From the NCBI GenBank assembly GCA_030704615.1, contig CM060734.1:55428001-55492000 (forward strand): DNA of 64,000 nucleotides, in the 5' to 3' direction. The DNA comes from Takakia lepidozioides (Eukaryota > Plantae > Bryophyta). Made by a program: the position numbers and the translations under genes. Below are positions 49,908 to 62,480 of the stretch, piece by piece (within the stretch, counting starts at the first letter, position 1; every line of letters begins with the position of its first letter). A model generated the notes under the pieces. The model worked only from the letters and a program-made list of their open reading frames with translations, made no database searches and had not been told where the DNA came from.

Positions 49908-52851
49908 TCATTCTTCCTGCAAAGTCTTGGTCTGCACAAGCTGAGACTTGAGCTCCTCTACAAAGGCCAGCAAGTTTTTGGTTGAGGATCCATCCTCTGC
50001 CATATCCTCATGAGCACAATCTTTCAGCTTCCCTGCCCTGGTTCGAATTGCCATGCCCTCCTCCCCGGTCATCAGCTCCCTGACCACTCTCTCGACCTCT
50101 TCCTTCTCCACCACTCCATCTGGTCGTCGCTTGAATTCTAAAGCAATCTTCAGTACATCCACAAGGTTCCTGTGGCATACAATGGCCAAAAGGAGACATT
50201 GTTCTTACATGATTCAAAGTAGCTCATATGGAGTCTGGATGACTACGCCCTCACAAGATAGGACACAGACATTTCCATCCTGTCTTTGCACTGATGGCGC
50301 ACCTTGACAGGAGAATATGCATAGACTTCCAGCTAAGATAGATCGGAAGTTTTGGAAGCGTGAATATTCCCACCAACCATCGTTGCTCTCTTGCACCCTC
50401 TCAACCTATGAGACTAGGGTCTTCCATTATGTAAGGTTCAAACAGCAGATTCAAGGTCAATCAACATTAGAACACTATTCTACTAGATATTTAGCCCGGC
50501 ACAAAAACCTCAGGTTCAGGGAGGAACTCTGACCTGCAATTCATCCTCTGCTCTGCCTGAATTGGCCATGCGAGCAATGGACAACCCACACAAAGACTTT
50601 CCAACAAAGAGTTCCACCCACAGTGTGTCAGGAAGCCCCCTGTTGATGGGTGAGAGAGCACTCGCAGCTGGGAAACCCAACCTGGGACTACAAGTCCCCT
50701 TCCCTTTGTCCGCATTTCAAATCCTGGGGGCAGAAGAAAAACCTGACTCCATTGTGAGATGGATTGATGTCAAAACTGAGCCTGGCTTTCAATAAGTCAT
50801 GTGCGTACATGTGCAACCATGCTACAACCCTACGAGGAGATGCATGGCGGTATGAGAATAGTACAGTTGTAATGTCTTGAAACAAGTCCCTAACCTGTTA
50901 AATATTTGGCCTTGCACTATTTAATACCTGCCTAGAGAGCTACACAATCTCTAGAGCACACTTTGTGTATCACCTCCAGGGAGTTCAAGGGCCTAAGCAA
51001 ATTAATTTTGATCAGTTTAGGATAGTGCTATGTGTCTCAACATTCCAAAGTGTTTCACAATGAAATGTTACCTGGAGGGAGATATTCCGAGACGGATGGA
51101 TTCGCTTGACCTGCACGAGCAGTAGCTGAATCAGGTGGTCTAAGTACCCACAGGAAAGGCTGTTCACTGGCTTCTAGCCCCAATGCTAGCTCATGTATCT
51201 GTTCAGCCGAGAGAGTAGCCATGCTTCCAAATGCCACGTAGAGAACCGAGGAAGGAGATTGAGTGTCCAACCATTCTTCATACCCGCCCTGTGCTTTTTC
51301 ATTTTTAATTATGCTGGTGGCAGCCTTTTCAGCCAACAACAGTGGGCCAACCGCCAATGCCCTCCGCACCTACAATAAGCATGTTTCGTTGGTGAGGAGA
51401 TGATATACCAGTAAGAAATTAACCTGCATGCAATGTGCATTACTTCCATACAAACAACCAACTCATCCTTGGAGGTATTGGAGAACGTAGTGATCAGAGA
51501 ATCTGTAGAATTAGAACCAAGATACATGAAACATTGTTTAGGGATCAAAAGATTGGTATAGGATCAGACTGACCTTCACTCTCTGTGTACCAAGGATTTC
51601 AGACCGAATGGATTCAAAGGCCTGCTGTTCCATTTGCTCAAAAGTATTGACAAAAATTATGTCAGCCTCTGTTAGGCGTGTCGCTTGATGTGCCGTGAAT
51701 TTGAATCTGAGTGCCTCTGCATCTTCAAGTTGCAATTCAGCCAGCAGGTCCTGAGGGTGTAATGGTGGCAGGCCAGGGATAGACAGGTGAACATTCCTGG
51801 TGCTTGGCGTTAATGGTAAATGCTTTTCCAACAAGAGTGTTGGTATCTGCAGGAAACAAGAAATGCAAAGTCAAGCTTAGAATTTTGTAGACCAGAATGC
51901 ATTGGTCATCACTATAGTACATACCAAGTGAGGGAAACAGCGTGGCTTATCTGGACTTCATCACATGTAAAACTTTCTAGTTAGATCATCAATTCCCACA
52001 CTTCCACTGTCAGGCTTCTCATAATTCAGCTATTTGAGATTGTGGGCAAGATTCTTCAACAGTTGACAAACAAAACTCCACGTCAATGATATTTGAGGCA
52101 ATGAATAAATCTAGCTGTCCACATCCAAGACGGTGATGACTCCTGGAGGCCTTCAAATTGATCTTGATTCATACTTAAATGGATACCAAGACTGCTAATG
52201 ACATCCTTTGTCACTTGAGCTTAACGAAAGTAAATGTAGGGTTGAGACAGTGTGCAAAATGGGGGAGATGGGGGACAAGTGTGGTGTAGATGGTTGACTA
52301 GAAAGACAGGACTCCCAGGGATCTTGTTTGTAAGAACGCAATCATGTTGGAGGATGAGCTCGTACCCATAAGAAGAAAGACAACACTCCCACACCTGAGG
52401 TGAACAAAGCGTGCCTGGGAATGTTGAATTGGTTTGCCACATCTTGGGTCCATCCAGCAAATAAGTCCGAGATAATACAGCAAGGAGCTGGCCCGAATCC
52501 AGAATCCAACCCTGATTTTGACGACATCCTCGAGATAACATCCTGTAGGCAGATAACTAGTCTATCTTCCATCTGCATCCACGCTTGAAAGTCCTCTTTG
52601 TCTTCTGGGAAATTGTCCCCCATACCTACGAGTCGGAAATCCATAGCAGATTCAATCCCAACTCTGGCTGCATGTCCTTCCTCCTGCAGCTGCTTAATGT
52701 GCCTGTCTACGCTCACAAAGCTCACAATGACACCAAGGGAAGCCAACTGCTTAGAGAATTGCAGCATAGGATTACTGTGGCCAGGTAGGGGGAATGGTAT
52801 AATCACCACATGTGGTCTAGGTTCCTTTTGCGATGACAAAGAGAGGGCCAT
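49908..52851 (-). CDS. UDP-glycosyltransferase (GT family 1), 5 exons, 502 aa, apparently intact
   Basis: Exons 52366-52851, 51574-51846, 51072-51369, 50534-50723 and 49908-50169 have GT-AG ends and join in frame (1509 nt). Motifs: [16 protein letters not shown] (catalytic His), [17 protein letters not shown] box [44 protein letters not shown]. Confidence 0.95.
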
Positions 52852-55800
52852 GGCTTTTGAACGGGCGAAGATGGTGTGCTTGCAAGCAGTCTGAAAACCT
52901 TCCCCAAGCAGCTTGCTGAAGAGTAAGGAAAACCAGTCCGCTTGCTGAAAAGCCCCTTAACAAAGTGGTGAATTAGACTTCAGCTGTGCCGGAGCCCTTG
53001 CCACAAACATATACAACACACAATGTTCTCTTCCTGTCCACACACAAATCTTGTTAACGTCAAGATATGAAAGTAGACAAGGAGTAGAGACATTGAGAAC
53101 TACAGCAAACAAGGAGAGGAAAAGAAACTTCATACCATCCACGGTAAGATCAAAGAGTTTGGGGAGTAAGGAAAGTAGGAACTCAAACAATTTGGGCCCA
53201 CCAACAAAACAGGTACAAGTTAACTTCAAGAAACTCTCTAAGGTGGAAAGCCTCGTGAAAATGTGCCACAAGGCACCTCCGCTCATAATTGAATACCTCC
53301 GTGAGGGATAGGCTGTTAGTAAATAAGAGAAGGGTAGCAGCCCAGGATCTCGTAGTAGCACTTATAAGCAAACTTTTGACATTGCAAGAAATTACAGCAT
53401 GGGTTCGCATTTTGGAGGGACCAACACAATTTATGGGCGCCCAATGTAGGATGGTTTTAGGGGGATTGACTATATGCCTCCAGACATATATCACCTTTAC
53501 CTTACTGTTGCTTTCCATCCTCAGTTTCTGAGCTTTCCTGCATTTCCTCATGAGCACCTGAGCTGCAGAGAAAGTCTCAAAAGGAAAACTGGGGGTTCAA
53601 GAGACTGGTACAGCTCCTCAACCAAACAGATGTGCATTAATTGGACACTTGTGGTACAATTGAACTGATTATCAACATGACACTAGACCTGCTAGGTCGA
53701 ATTTTGAAATCACTGATCATTCAAAATACTCGAGTAACTAATGAATGGGGTGGGTTTGATGCATCCAGTTTTACTACTTAAACCCTCTGACACAAACTCC
53801 TGAAGGACCTGCAAAATTACAAAATCTGTTATGCTAATGACATGGATAGAAAGGCAACAGGAAGCTTTCAAGTTGAAGCTATGGTCAGGTGAAAGAGAGC
53901 TTGAATCCAAACTTCATGCCCTTGACATGGATTTTTCTCTTGCAACCTCTGTGCTTGCATAGAGCGAACAGCTATGTCAGACGTCCATTAAAAAATATGC
54001 AGAGTAATGAGGCTCTTGAAGCTTTCAAAGTGAAGCATGTGGCGGCAATGTCCAGAAGTCAGTCAGCTAAACAAGGACAAGTTGGCTAGAAAGAATGACC
54101 TAACAGCTCATGGTTCACAACTTCAGAACCTTCAGATACTTACGGAAGCAAAACTTCAAGCTCTAAAATCTAGACCTGCAATAGCCAATTGGCCTCCATA
54201 AAGAAAACTTGGAGGAGAGTTCTATGGGAGACACAATCCCTCGGAAGTGGTTCCCACATCGATGTGCAAGCCAACCCGAATATGCGCGGGGTGTAGAGTC
54301 GTTCACAGAGCTTCTCTGAAAGCCTACTTTTTAGTGCCATCTTCATCTCATGAACGAAATTCATTGACTCACGCATGGGAGTGGTTGACATGCTTTCATA
54401 TGCTCGAAGGCTTACGGAATTGAGTTATTTGTATGTTAATCACTTCAATTTGTATGTCACCTTGTATACCAAAAACAGCGACCTGACTGTTTTCTCAACT
54501 CAAGAAAAGAAGGTTTGGAAAATCCGTTCGGAAAGAAGTCTGTGTACTTCGAGACCGAAAAATTCCATGCTTGGAAATCCAAGTCCAGACAGGAATTTCC
54601 TAGGGAAGGAAACCAGCATATGATAAGCAGAATATAGACAAACAGCAAACAGGACAGATAAGATCCAGGGTTTTTACAAGCAAAGAAATACAGATGTCAA
54701 CTAACAACAAGACAACAGCTAAAAGCAAATAGAGATCAACCCCTTAGAATTACATATAGCGATGCAACGTACTGAATTTGCAACTAACATAATCGCTGTG
54801 AGCTGGCTTCAGCTGCACCTCTCGCTGGTTTGAAGCGCACACAACCTTCCCGCAATTCTGGAGTCTAAGATTTGCCCTTCGACCGCATTCAAATAGAGCT
54901 TTTTCCGCACGAGGGATGAGCGTGGAAATCAGCACACATCAATCAACCTTGGTCTCCTCGCTCCCGAAAGACCAGCGGCCTTTCCGGGGAAACTCCTCAT
55001 CGACACTAGTCCTTTTCGGGGAAATTGCTCCCCCGCCAATAATAGGACTATGGTTCTTTCTCGAGAAACTTCTCATCGTATGTTCCTTTCCGGATAAACT
55101 CCACAGATCGTGATTCGTGAGTGTGTTTCATGTTCTACATACTTCCTTTTCGGGAACTCCTCACATGAGTCTGGGAACATTCGGTTGGGTATGTTGGGCA
55201 CGTTTTCATCCTTGGAGGATGAATTTCTTAACGGATTCCCTCTGTTCAAAAGTTCATTACAAAGCTGAAGAGACGGGCTTTAATATGACTGTAAAAACAT
55301 TACATTCCGACATATATATATTTGACACCTTCGGAAGGAAGCGTAAATGCATAACCTGGGTGATCCTGGGTTCAATCCTTCAACATCAGCCTTCGACCGT
55401 CCATTGGCCCCCTGAATGGGCTGTGTGCTGAGCAGTAGGCTCTGTAGATTTGTTGAGCAGTAGGCTCTGCAAATTCACTGGATGTTAAACAAACTTTATT
55501 TTATCTTACTTATGTGCATATCTACTACATCCACGTCTTGTCAAAAGTGTAGGCAATTTGACCATTGCATTTGGGAGATTATAACCAAATAATCTACCCC
55601 AATTTGTAAATGTACGTTGCTGTCAGATTCGACACAAATTAATTATAATTTGGGTTGTTGAAATTTTTGAATTAACTCAAGTGATGTGTCTAAAAATCCA
55701 GAAATATTACATACTCAGCTTGCCCAAAAATAAGAAAATTTGGTGCTCGTGAACTGCTTGATCGTTGCAGGGCGCGCGTGCAGCCTCTAAAGATGCGGAG

Positions 55801-56624
55801 CTCTTATCGCAAGCTTGTATCGCAGGTGGCAAAAAATTTCAATCCTAAACTGCCGAAGCCTTGGAATATAAAATATGAGGTGCCGAATGGACTGAGCCTC
55901 CAATATTATTTCGGCACTGTGCTGTCGAATCTGACAGCAACGTACGGTATTCCAAAATTGCATGGAAAAATGGTTTGACCACAGAATTCATGTTTTCCCA
56001 ATCCAAATCGGAGCCCTCCATAATCTGATTATATGGCATCTAAAGGACTGCCTCCCCGAAAACTCAGACCAAAATTCCAAAAATAAAGATAGGTTGCTTT
56101 GTATGTGAAATCTGGAGAATAAATTGTCATGTTTTGGCGTCTTTCGCAAGTACACCCATGATGTGATATTCGTTTTCCAATTCCTTGATAAGTAAATGCA
56201 CAGTAATAATTTAGAGTGCATTGTCCAAATTTTTTGGCATTATGATAAAGTTTCAGCCCTAGATATTATTTACAAGATTGCCCATACGTGGCATGTCAAC
56301 GGTGCTCAACACTCGATCATGACCCATGTCACTTTGCAAAATTCTAGAGAGCATAGCTTTAGTATTTTAGGGCGCTGTAAATTCGGCCTTGTGCTCCTCC
56401 CTAACATTCCATTGGCTGCCATCCATGAACGCTGAATGTGACAAAAATCTGGGTAGCATCGTCCTTTAGGGGTGTCGGGGGCGACCTGATGTTCGTGCGT
56501 CCGTGCGCTGTCTGGCGCAAACGTGACTTAAAGACCCAATTAATCTAAAATGAGAGGCTTTCAATTTTGTCAATATAACCGATATGGGCGGTGTCCCATG
56601 CGTATGTCTTCACGGCGAGGTTAG

Positions 56625-56644
56625 AGAGAGAGAGAGAGAGAGAG
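56625..56644. repeat. (AG)n microsatellite
   Basis: agagagagagagagagagag. Confidence 0.85.
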
Positions 56645-57626
56645 TCCAGCCGAAGCTGGCATAACTAAGAGTCACTTCGCCTTGCGGCTACTGCCCCTTT
56701 CGGTGGTGGGCCCTTTGAAAGAGGTTATTTTTTACTCTCACTATAACTAGGGGGCCTGATTTGTGAGCTATCGCTCCAAGGTGTTTCCTTTTCGAAAAAA
56801 AATAAAAGATAACCGATAAGTGTTAACATGAGCAACCCTTGGTATAGGCTTTCAATATAGTATCCAGGTAAAGGTAAAGTATGTTTATAAAACCAATTTT
56901 GTTTTGCATTTTTTTTTCTTTTGGCAAAATAGACAAGCCCAAATACTCTATTCAGAACTTATGTATGAAATTCTATTGATTGAGGGGAGAAAAGCTTAGA
57001 CTTCCTTGTATACAGCTCTTCCGAGAGCTTCCGAAAGGTGTAGGGTGCAGCTTTACAAGGATTTTGATATTTCCATATTCCAAAAGGTGTGAGCACATCT
57101 TTATAAGGATTTTGATTTTACCGGGGCCAAATGGTGGCATCCTCGGGAGTCCCATTTTCGACTCAAGTTTTAGTTGGAATAACAGGATAGAAGTCTCCTG
57201 ATGAGAGGGAAGAGGGCGACTACAACTTCTATCATATCGCTGAGCTCATGATCCCAAGCTCATTGAAACTCAACTTACCATGTTTGATGTTGGTTGTGCT
57301 GCATATGCCACCATGGTAGGTAGAACTTTGTGGAACCCACACTCGAACAATGTGTTACTTGAGCAAATGCAAAGCCCTCTATCCTATTCAAGAGTAGTGA
57401 GTTCCACAAGGCCTACAGAAAATTTTGAGTGCAGGCCGCTAGTGGGGACACCTCCGTATTTTGCCCTAAGCCTTCGTGATCCCAAGTGGTTATTTTTTCC
57501 AATGTGGTAATATGGATGTAAAATGGTAGGTGTGGTAATATGGTAAGTTTTCTGGACTGTTGGCCCTTCATTTGTCTTCTGCTACACATGGTCATAAATG
57601 TAAATATGTATATCTGTAATAAAATG

Positions 57627-59548
57627 CCGAACGTGTAAACCAGATTTTGGAGCAGTATCTTCGTTGTACGATAAATTATCACCAAGATAATTGGAGGGAC
57701 CTTCTGTCATTGGTTGAGTTTGCCTACAACAACACTATACATTCTTCGACCAAACAGACTCCATTTTTCTCCAATTATGGTCATCATCCTCGAGCAAACC
57801 CTTTCCACATGAAGACTGTTGGAAGCAGAAGCTCAAAAACAATACAATGAGTATGCAGATCAACGTCGCCAATTCCAACCCCAGTTCAAGATCAGAGATC
57901 GTGTGTGGCTTCTTCAACGAGACATACAAACCTCGCAACCATCAAGAAAGTTGGATTATCAACGCTTGGGACCATTCAAAATTATTCGACAAATAAATCC
58001 GGTCAGTTTTCGGCTTGAACTCCCACGAAGTATGCACATCCATCCAGTCTTTCATGTTTCATTATTGGAGTTGTATCATCTATCGAATATTCCACGGAAA
58101 GTCTCCGTACCATCTCCACCAATCGAAGTCAATCAAGAACTTGAGTATGAAGTCGACGAAGTCTTAGACTCTCGCATCAAGTATAAACGTCTTGAATATT
58201 TCGTACATTGGAAAGGCTACGACATCAGCGAACGAACATGGGAACCTTCATCCAACCTCGTCAATGCATCTGACAAAGTCCAAGAGTTTCATCAACAATA
58301 TCCATCTAAGCCCCAAGCTACACGTCAATAAGACGTCACAACGATGATGTCAGCCAAGTTAGCTTCAAGGTGAAGACTTTACATTCAATGTACCTGATAC
58401 ACGCTAAGGAGGGAGGAGCATCACACATCAGTATATATAGCTACACTTCCAGCACTCTTGCATCTTGTATTGGTAGCATGGAGTCACAGGAACCAGATAC
58501 ATTGGAGTTGTCGCTTACCCAGCTACCAGATCAGCCATTCCGACTCTCACGACCTTCAACATCAGGCCGACGCTCTCGAGACGATAGGCCACCAATGCAA
58601 CGCGTACTTCCTCGTCTGAACCCCGTACGACAGCAAGTGGAGCCTACTCGAAGTCTGATAATTCTGTTGGAGGTTGAGGCTTTGGACCCAGATGGCAACG
58701 AAATCATGTTTGAAGGCAGCTTCGAAAATCAGAATGTTTAAATCACTGCGTGGTCCCAAGTTCAAGGTGTTGGACACTATCGATGGTTGCAGGGACCTAT
58801 AAATCATTTGAGTCAAGAACGAAGAGCCGAATACTTGACAAATACCATTCGCCGGATTTTGGATTTTCTCCAACTCTAAGCAAGTCCAAGATTTTACCGC
58901 TCCTCGAGAAACTCGGCGCTAGAGGAGGGGGTGATGTCACGGACATAGCCCAGAAGAACTTACCAGGAGTAAATACCAGAAGTTACCAAGTTATCAAGAC
59001 TTACCGTGATTTACCATGATCTATCATGATTTACCATGATTTATCAAATTACCGGGAGTTTACCAAATTACCAAGAGTAACTTGGGAAACTACTCAGGAA
59101 GCTTCCTTTGGAGGAAACTTCTCCATTAAGATACCTCTTTTGTTTAAGGAAGCTTCTCAATCAAGAAACCTTTGTTTAATCTTGGAAACTTTTCCAGCAA
59201 GAAACCTCTATAGGGGAAGCTTCTTGGGGAAGCTTCTCAGTAGCCAGTATATATAGGAGGCGAGACTGGACACTTTTCAGTCTCGCCAACACTAGTTCAA
59301 GCTACTCTTGTTTCCAGTTCCCAGTACTCTAGCCCAGTTTCCAGTATTTGGTACTCCAGTCCAGTTTCCAGCATTCCAGTATTCAAGTCGTGTTCCAATA
59401 TCTTGTACTCTTGTTCATTGTTATAAAGATCGTCTTGATTCATATTTACTCATCGTGCATTCGGCCACGCCGACCTTGACTTCTTCTCTAGCATTGTACC
59501 TCTAGTTTTATCTCTTGTTTGTGTTCAGTCATGTTCTCGTCCTTGACA
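57627..59548 (+). mobile_element. 3' half of a Ty3/Gypsy chromovirus (family B, Tcn1-like): integrase C-terminus, chromodomain, PPT, LTR 58935-59548
   Basis: ERVNQILEQYLR...EFAYNN...KLDYQRLGPF...IHPVFHVSLL...YEVDEVLDSR...YFVHWKGY; PPT agaggagggggtga; LTR TG...CA. Confidence 0.92.
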
Positions 59549-59854
59549 GGAATGACAATTTCAGATGTCATCCGAGAAAGGGAAGATCCTAATTTTAAGA
59601 AAGTGAAGGTGGAGTGGTGGAGACTGAAGAAAGAAGGTAACCCCTCAGACTTTGAGAGGTACAGGGACTGTTGGTCAATAGTTCGGGAGTACAACCCGTC
59701 AGATCCTGCTCAATGGATCCACGTGAACAATGTCGTGTGGACAATGTCGCCACGAAAAAATACGACAAGAAATAGCACCAAGAGAATTACAGCGGTGGAA
59801 GCAGTGAAGGCGCGCGCGAATTTGGAGGTAGCTAACCTTCAGCCAGATACCTAA
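59549..59854 (+). pseudogene. C-terminal remnant of an unidentified ORF truncated by the LTR insertion, possibly TE-derived
   Basis: A ~100-codon Trp-rich open frame (VKVEWWR...YRDCW...QWIHVNNVVW...ARANL) begins immediately after the LTR; no family recognised with certainty. Confidence 0.4.
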
Positions 59855-60224
59855 AGGTTTCCTTCTTGCGAACCACTTTCCATCCATGGACTAAATGTTG
59901 AGGTCATTTCCGGTCTTTCGTTTTAAGATTAAAAAAAAAATCTTTACGTTTTTTTCCCTTCGTGTTTGCGTTGGGTGATCCTTCCCGTCTTCTTTTTCTG
60001 TCGCATTGAACCTCGACTGGGTAGTGGACGTTCATCTATTTTATTTTTGCCGTGTTGGACTCTGCACTGCTGTACATTCTGTTCATCTACATATATTCGT
60101 GACATGGGGGATTCTGGCTTATAAAACAAACAGTGTACCCAAAAACAAATGCTGGCACAACCCTTGGATTCTTTCTTTTCCTATCCGGTCTAAATGTTTT
60201 TTTGCAATGTCTCGTTCTAGTGCT

Positions 60225-61110
60225 CAGTGCAAGTCTTCCATATTTGTTTGTCCATTTATACCTTAACCATTATCTCTAAATCCTTACCCTTCGTTTTACC
60301 CTTCCCTTAACCCTTCCATAGGCTTAAGCCGGACACTTAGTACCCTAAACCATTACTCTTACCATATACCAAAAACCTTTGTGTACTCCCATAAATCCAA
60401 ACCCTAAACCCTTACCCTGGCCTTAATCCTTACCCTAAGCTTAAGCCCGACACTTACTACCTTAAATCATTACTCTTACCATATACAAAAAACAAGGAAC
60501 TTAGTGTACTACCCTACTTACACTCCAAACCCAGTTATTGTACTACCATGTGTGAGTCTTCTATATTTGTTTGTCCCTTTGAACTACCCTAAATCCAAAC
60601 CCTAAATCCTTACCCATTCCTTTACCCTGGCCTTAATCCTTACCCTAAGCTTAAGCCTGACACTTACTACCCTAAACCATTAGTACTCTTACTATATACC
60701 AAAAACCAGGTTAGTGTACTACCTTACTTACACTCCAAACCAAATTATTGTACTACCATGTGTGAGTCTTCCATATTTGTTTGTCTCTTTCTACCCTAAA
60801 TCCAAACCCTAAACCCTTACCCTTCCATTTACCCTACCCTAAACCATTACTTTTACCATATACCAAGAACCTTAGTGTAGTACCCTACTTATAATAAACT
60901 CCAAACCTTATTGTACTACCATGTTACCTCTGGTAAAATTTGTATCATTTTCTTAATGTTTTCTTTAATTTTGTTGGATAACGTATAATAGAATAATTAC
61001 ATGGATATCAAATTCCCCTTACATTTTTACATTCTACAGAGGTTTAGAGTCGTCCATATTTGTTTCTCTCTTTCTATCCTAAACCCTTTAAAACCCTAAA
61101 CCCTCACCAC
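60225..61110. repeat. Degenerate ~200-bp tandem repeat containing telomere-like AAACCCT motifs
   Basis: gtcttccatatttgtttgtc at about 60232, 60557, 60767 and 61049; aaaccctaaacccttaccc in each unit. Confidence 0.8.
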
Positions 61111-62480
61111 AAACTTGGACCTTATTGCACTTAATATATCTAGTTACACCCCAAACTTTATTTTACTACCCTAGTAGGTCATCTTCCTAATGTTTCAAGC
61201 TATTTTAATATTTTATTGCCCTTCTCACACCCAAAACATCATTCCAATGGCATTGTCTATGAATATTGTGCTTGTCAACATGAAGATTCAATCAAAATAA
61301 CTATCAACTTATATCAAGTATGATAGAGTACTATGAGTCTATCCCATGTTCGATTCGACACATTTGTTTATCGTGATTACATAATGTAATATTACATCAT
61401 TCGACTTCCCAGTGTACGTTCAATGATTCATTGTTCAGTTACACTTCAACTTCACAAGCACTTCAATGTCAAATGGACATCTTATATGCTACATTTTGAA
61501 GCAAGTATGACATCACTTGTAATTTCACAAAGTTCAATCACACATTACTATCCAAGATATTTTTAACATTTGAATTAATTTTAATTAAAATATATATTAA
61601 GTTTGGTCCGGATTTAAGCCAAAAGTCCAGAATTAGTTAAAATAGGGTTACATAAGGAAAATCTAGAAGATGACATAATGCCAAAGGATCTGTGACATCA
61701 GAAGCAGGAACATGGTAGTTGTAGGGTAAGATGGACCAAAAACGGCAGAGGCTGCCTTCCATGGAAGTCTATGACCAAATTTATATTGACGATATTTCCC
61801 CAAATAATTTCAAATGTTGATAGACAATGGTATATTTAACATTTTTAGTAAAGGATCTTACCCTAAACATCAAAGATAATTTTTACTATAAATTGTAGTA
61901 TTTAATTTGAATAAGATTTGATATATCAAAAATTAGAATTTACATCGATTTGTCTATATACAACCAAGCCATTGTAGATTATATTTTTGCAATAAAATAT
62001 GACACCTAAAAAGCCCAAAACACAAGATGTATTAAACTAGAACAAATCCATCTAGAAATAACACTCATATTAGTCCATATGTAGTAAATGACAGCTGATA
62101 TTGTCATTTTAAATTGAAATCTAGAGTGTTCTCTAAATTGACCCCCTTACCTCAAAAGAGCAAAGAAATACACCAAAGGCACAATGGCTTATTTTGAGTC
62201 CATGTATTTCCATTTGCAGCGGTGATAGTCCATAGTTGTCGTGTTCAAAAGTCCATACTTCTTGGACATTTTATTTGATTGATAATTTGACGGTTGATAT
62301 AGGTAGATATTGAAGTTAGGAATCCAACATGGAAAATGTTTCTCAACATTATTGATTCTATTCAAAGCAATTCATGATGACATGCACAACAGTCACTGAA
62401 AACTGTGCCGGTGACGCTAATTTTGGTCCACCTTACCTTGCATCTACCCAACAGGCTGTGATGAAGATGGGAAATCAGAG

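Noticed and set aside
52957-56435. Several 60-130 aa ORFs upstream of the UGT
   Set aside because: No recognisable motifs or consistent exon structure; possibly decayed TE, but unsupported.
60225-61110. Interstitial telomere or chromosome end
   Set aside because: Only isolated AAACCCT motifs inside a longer unit; no run of perfect heptamers.
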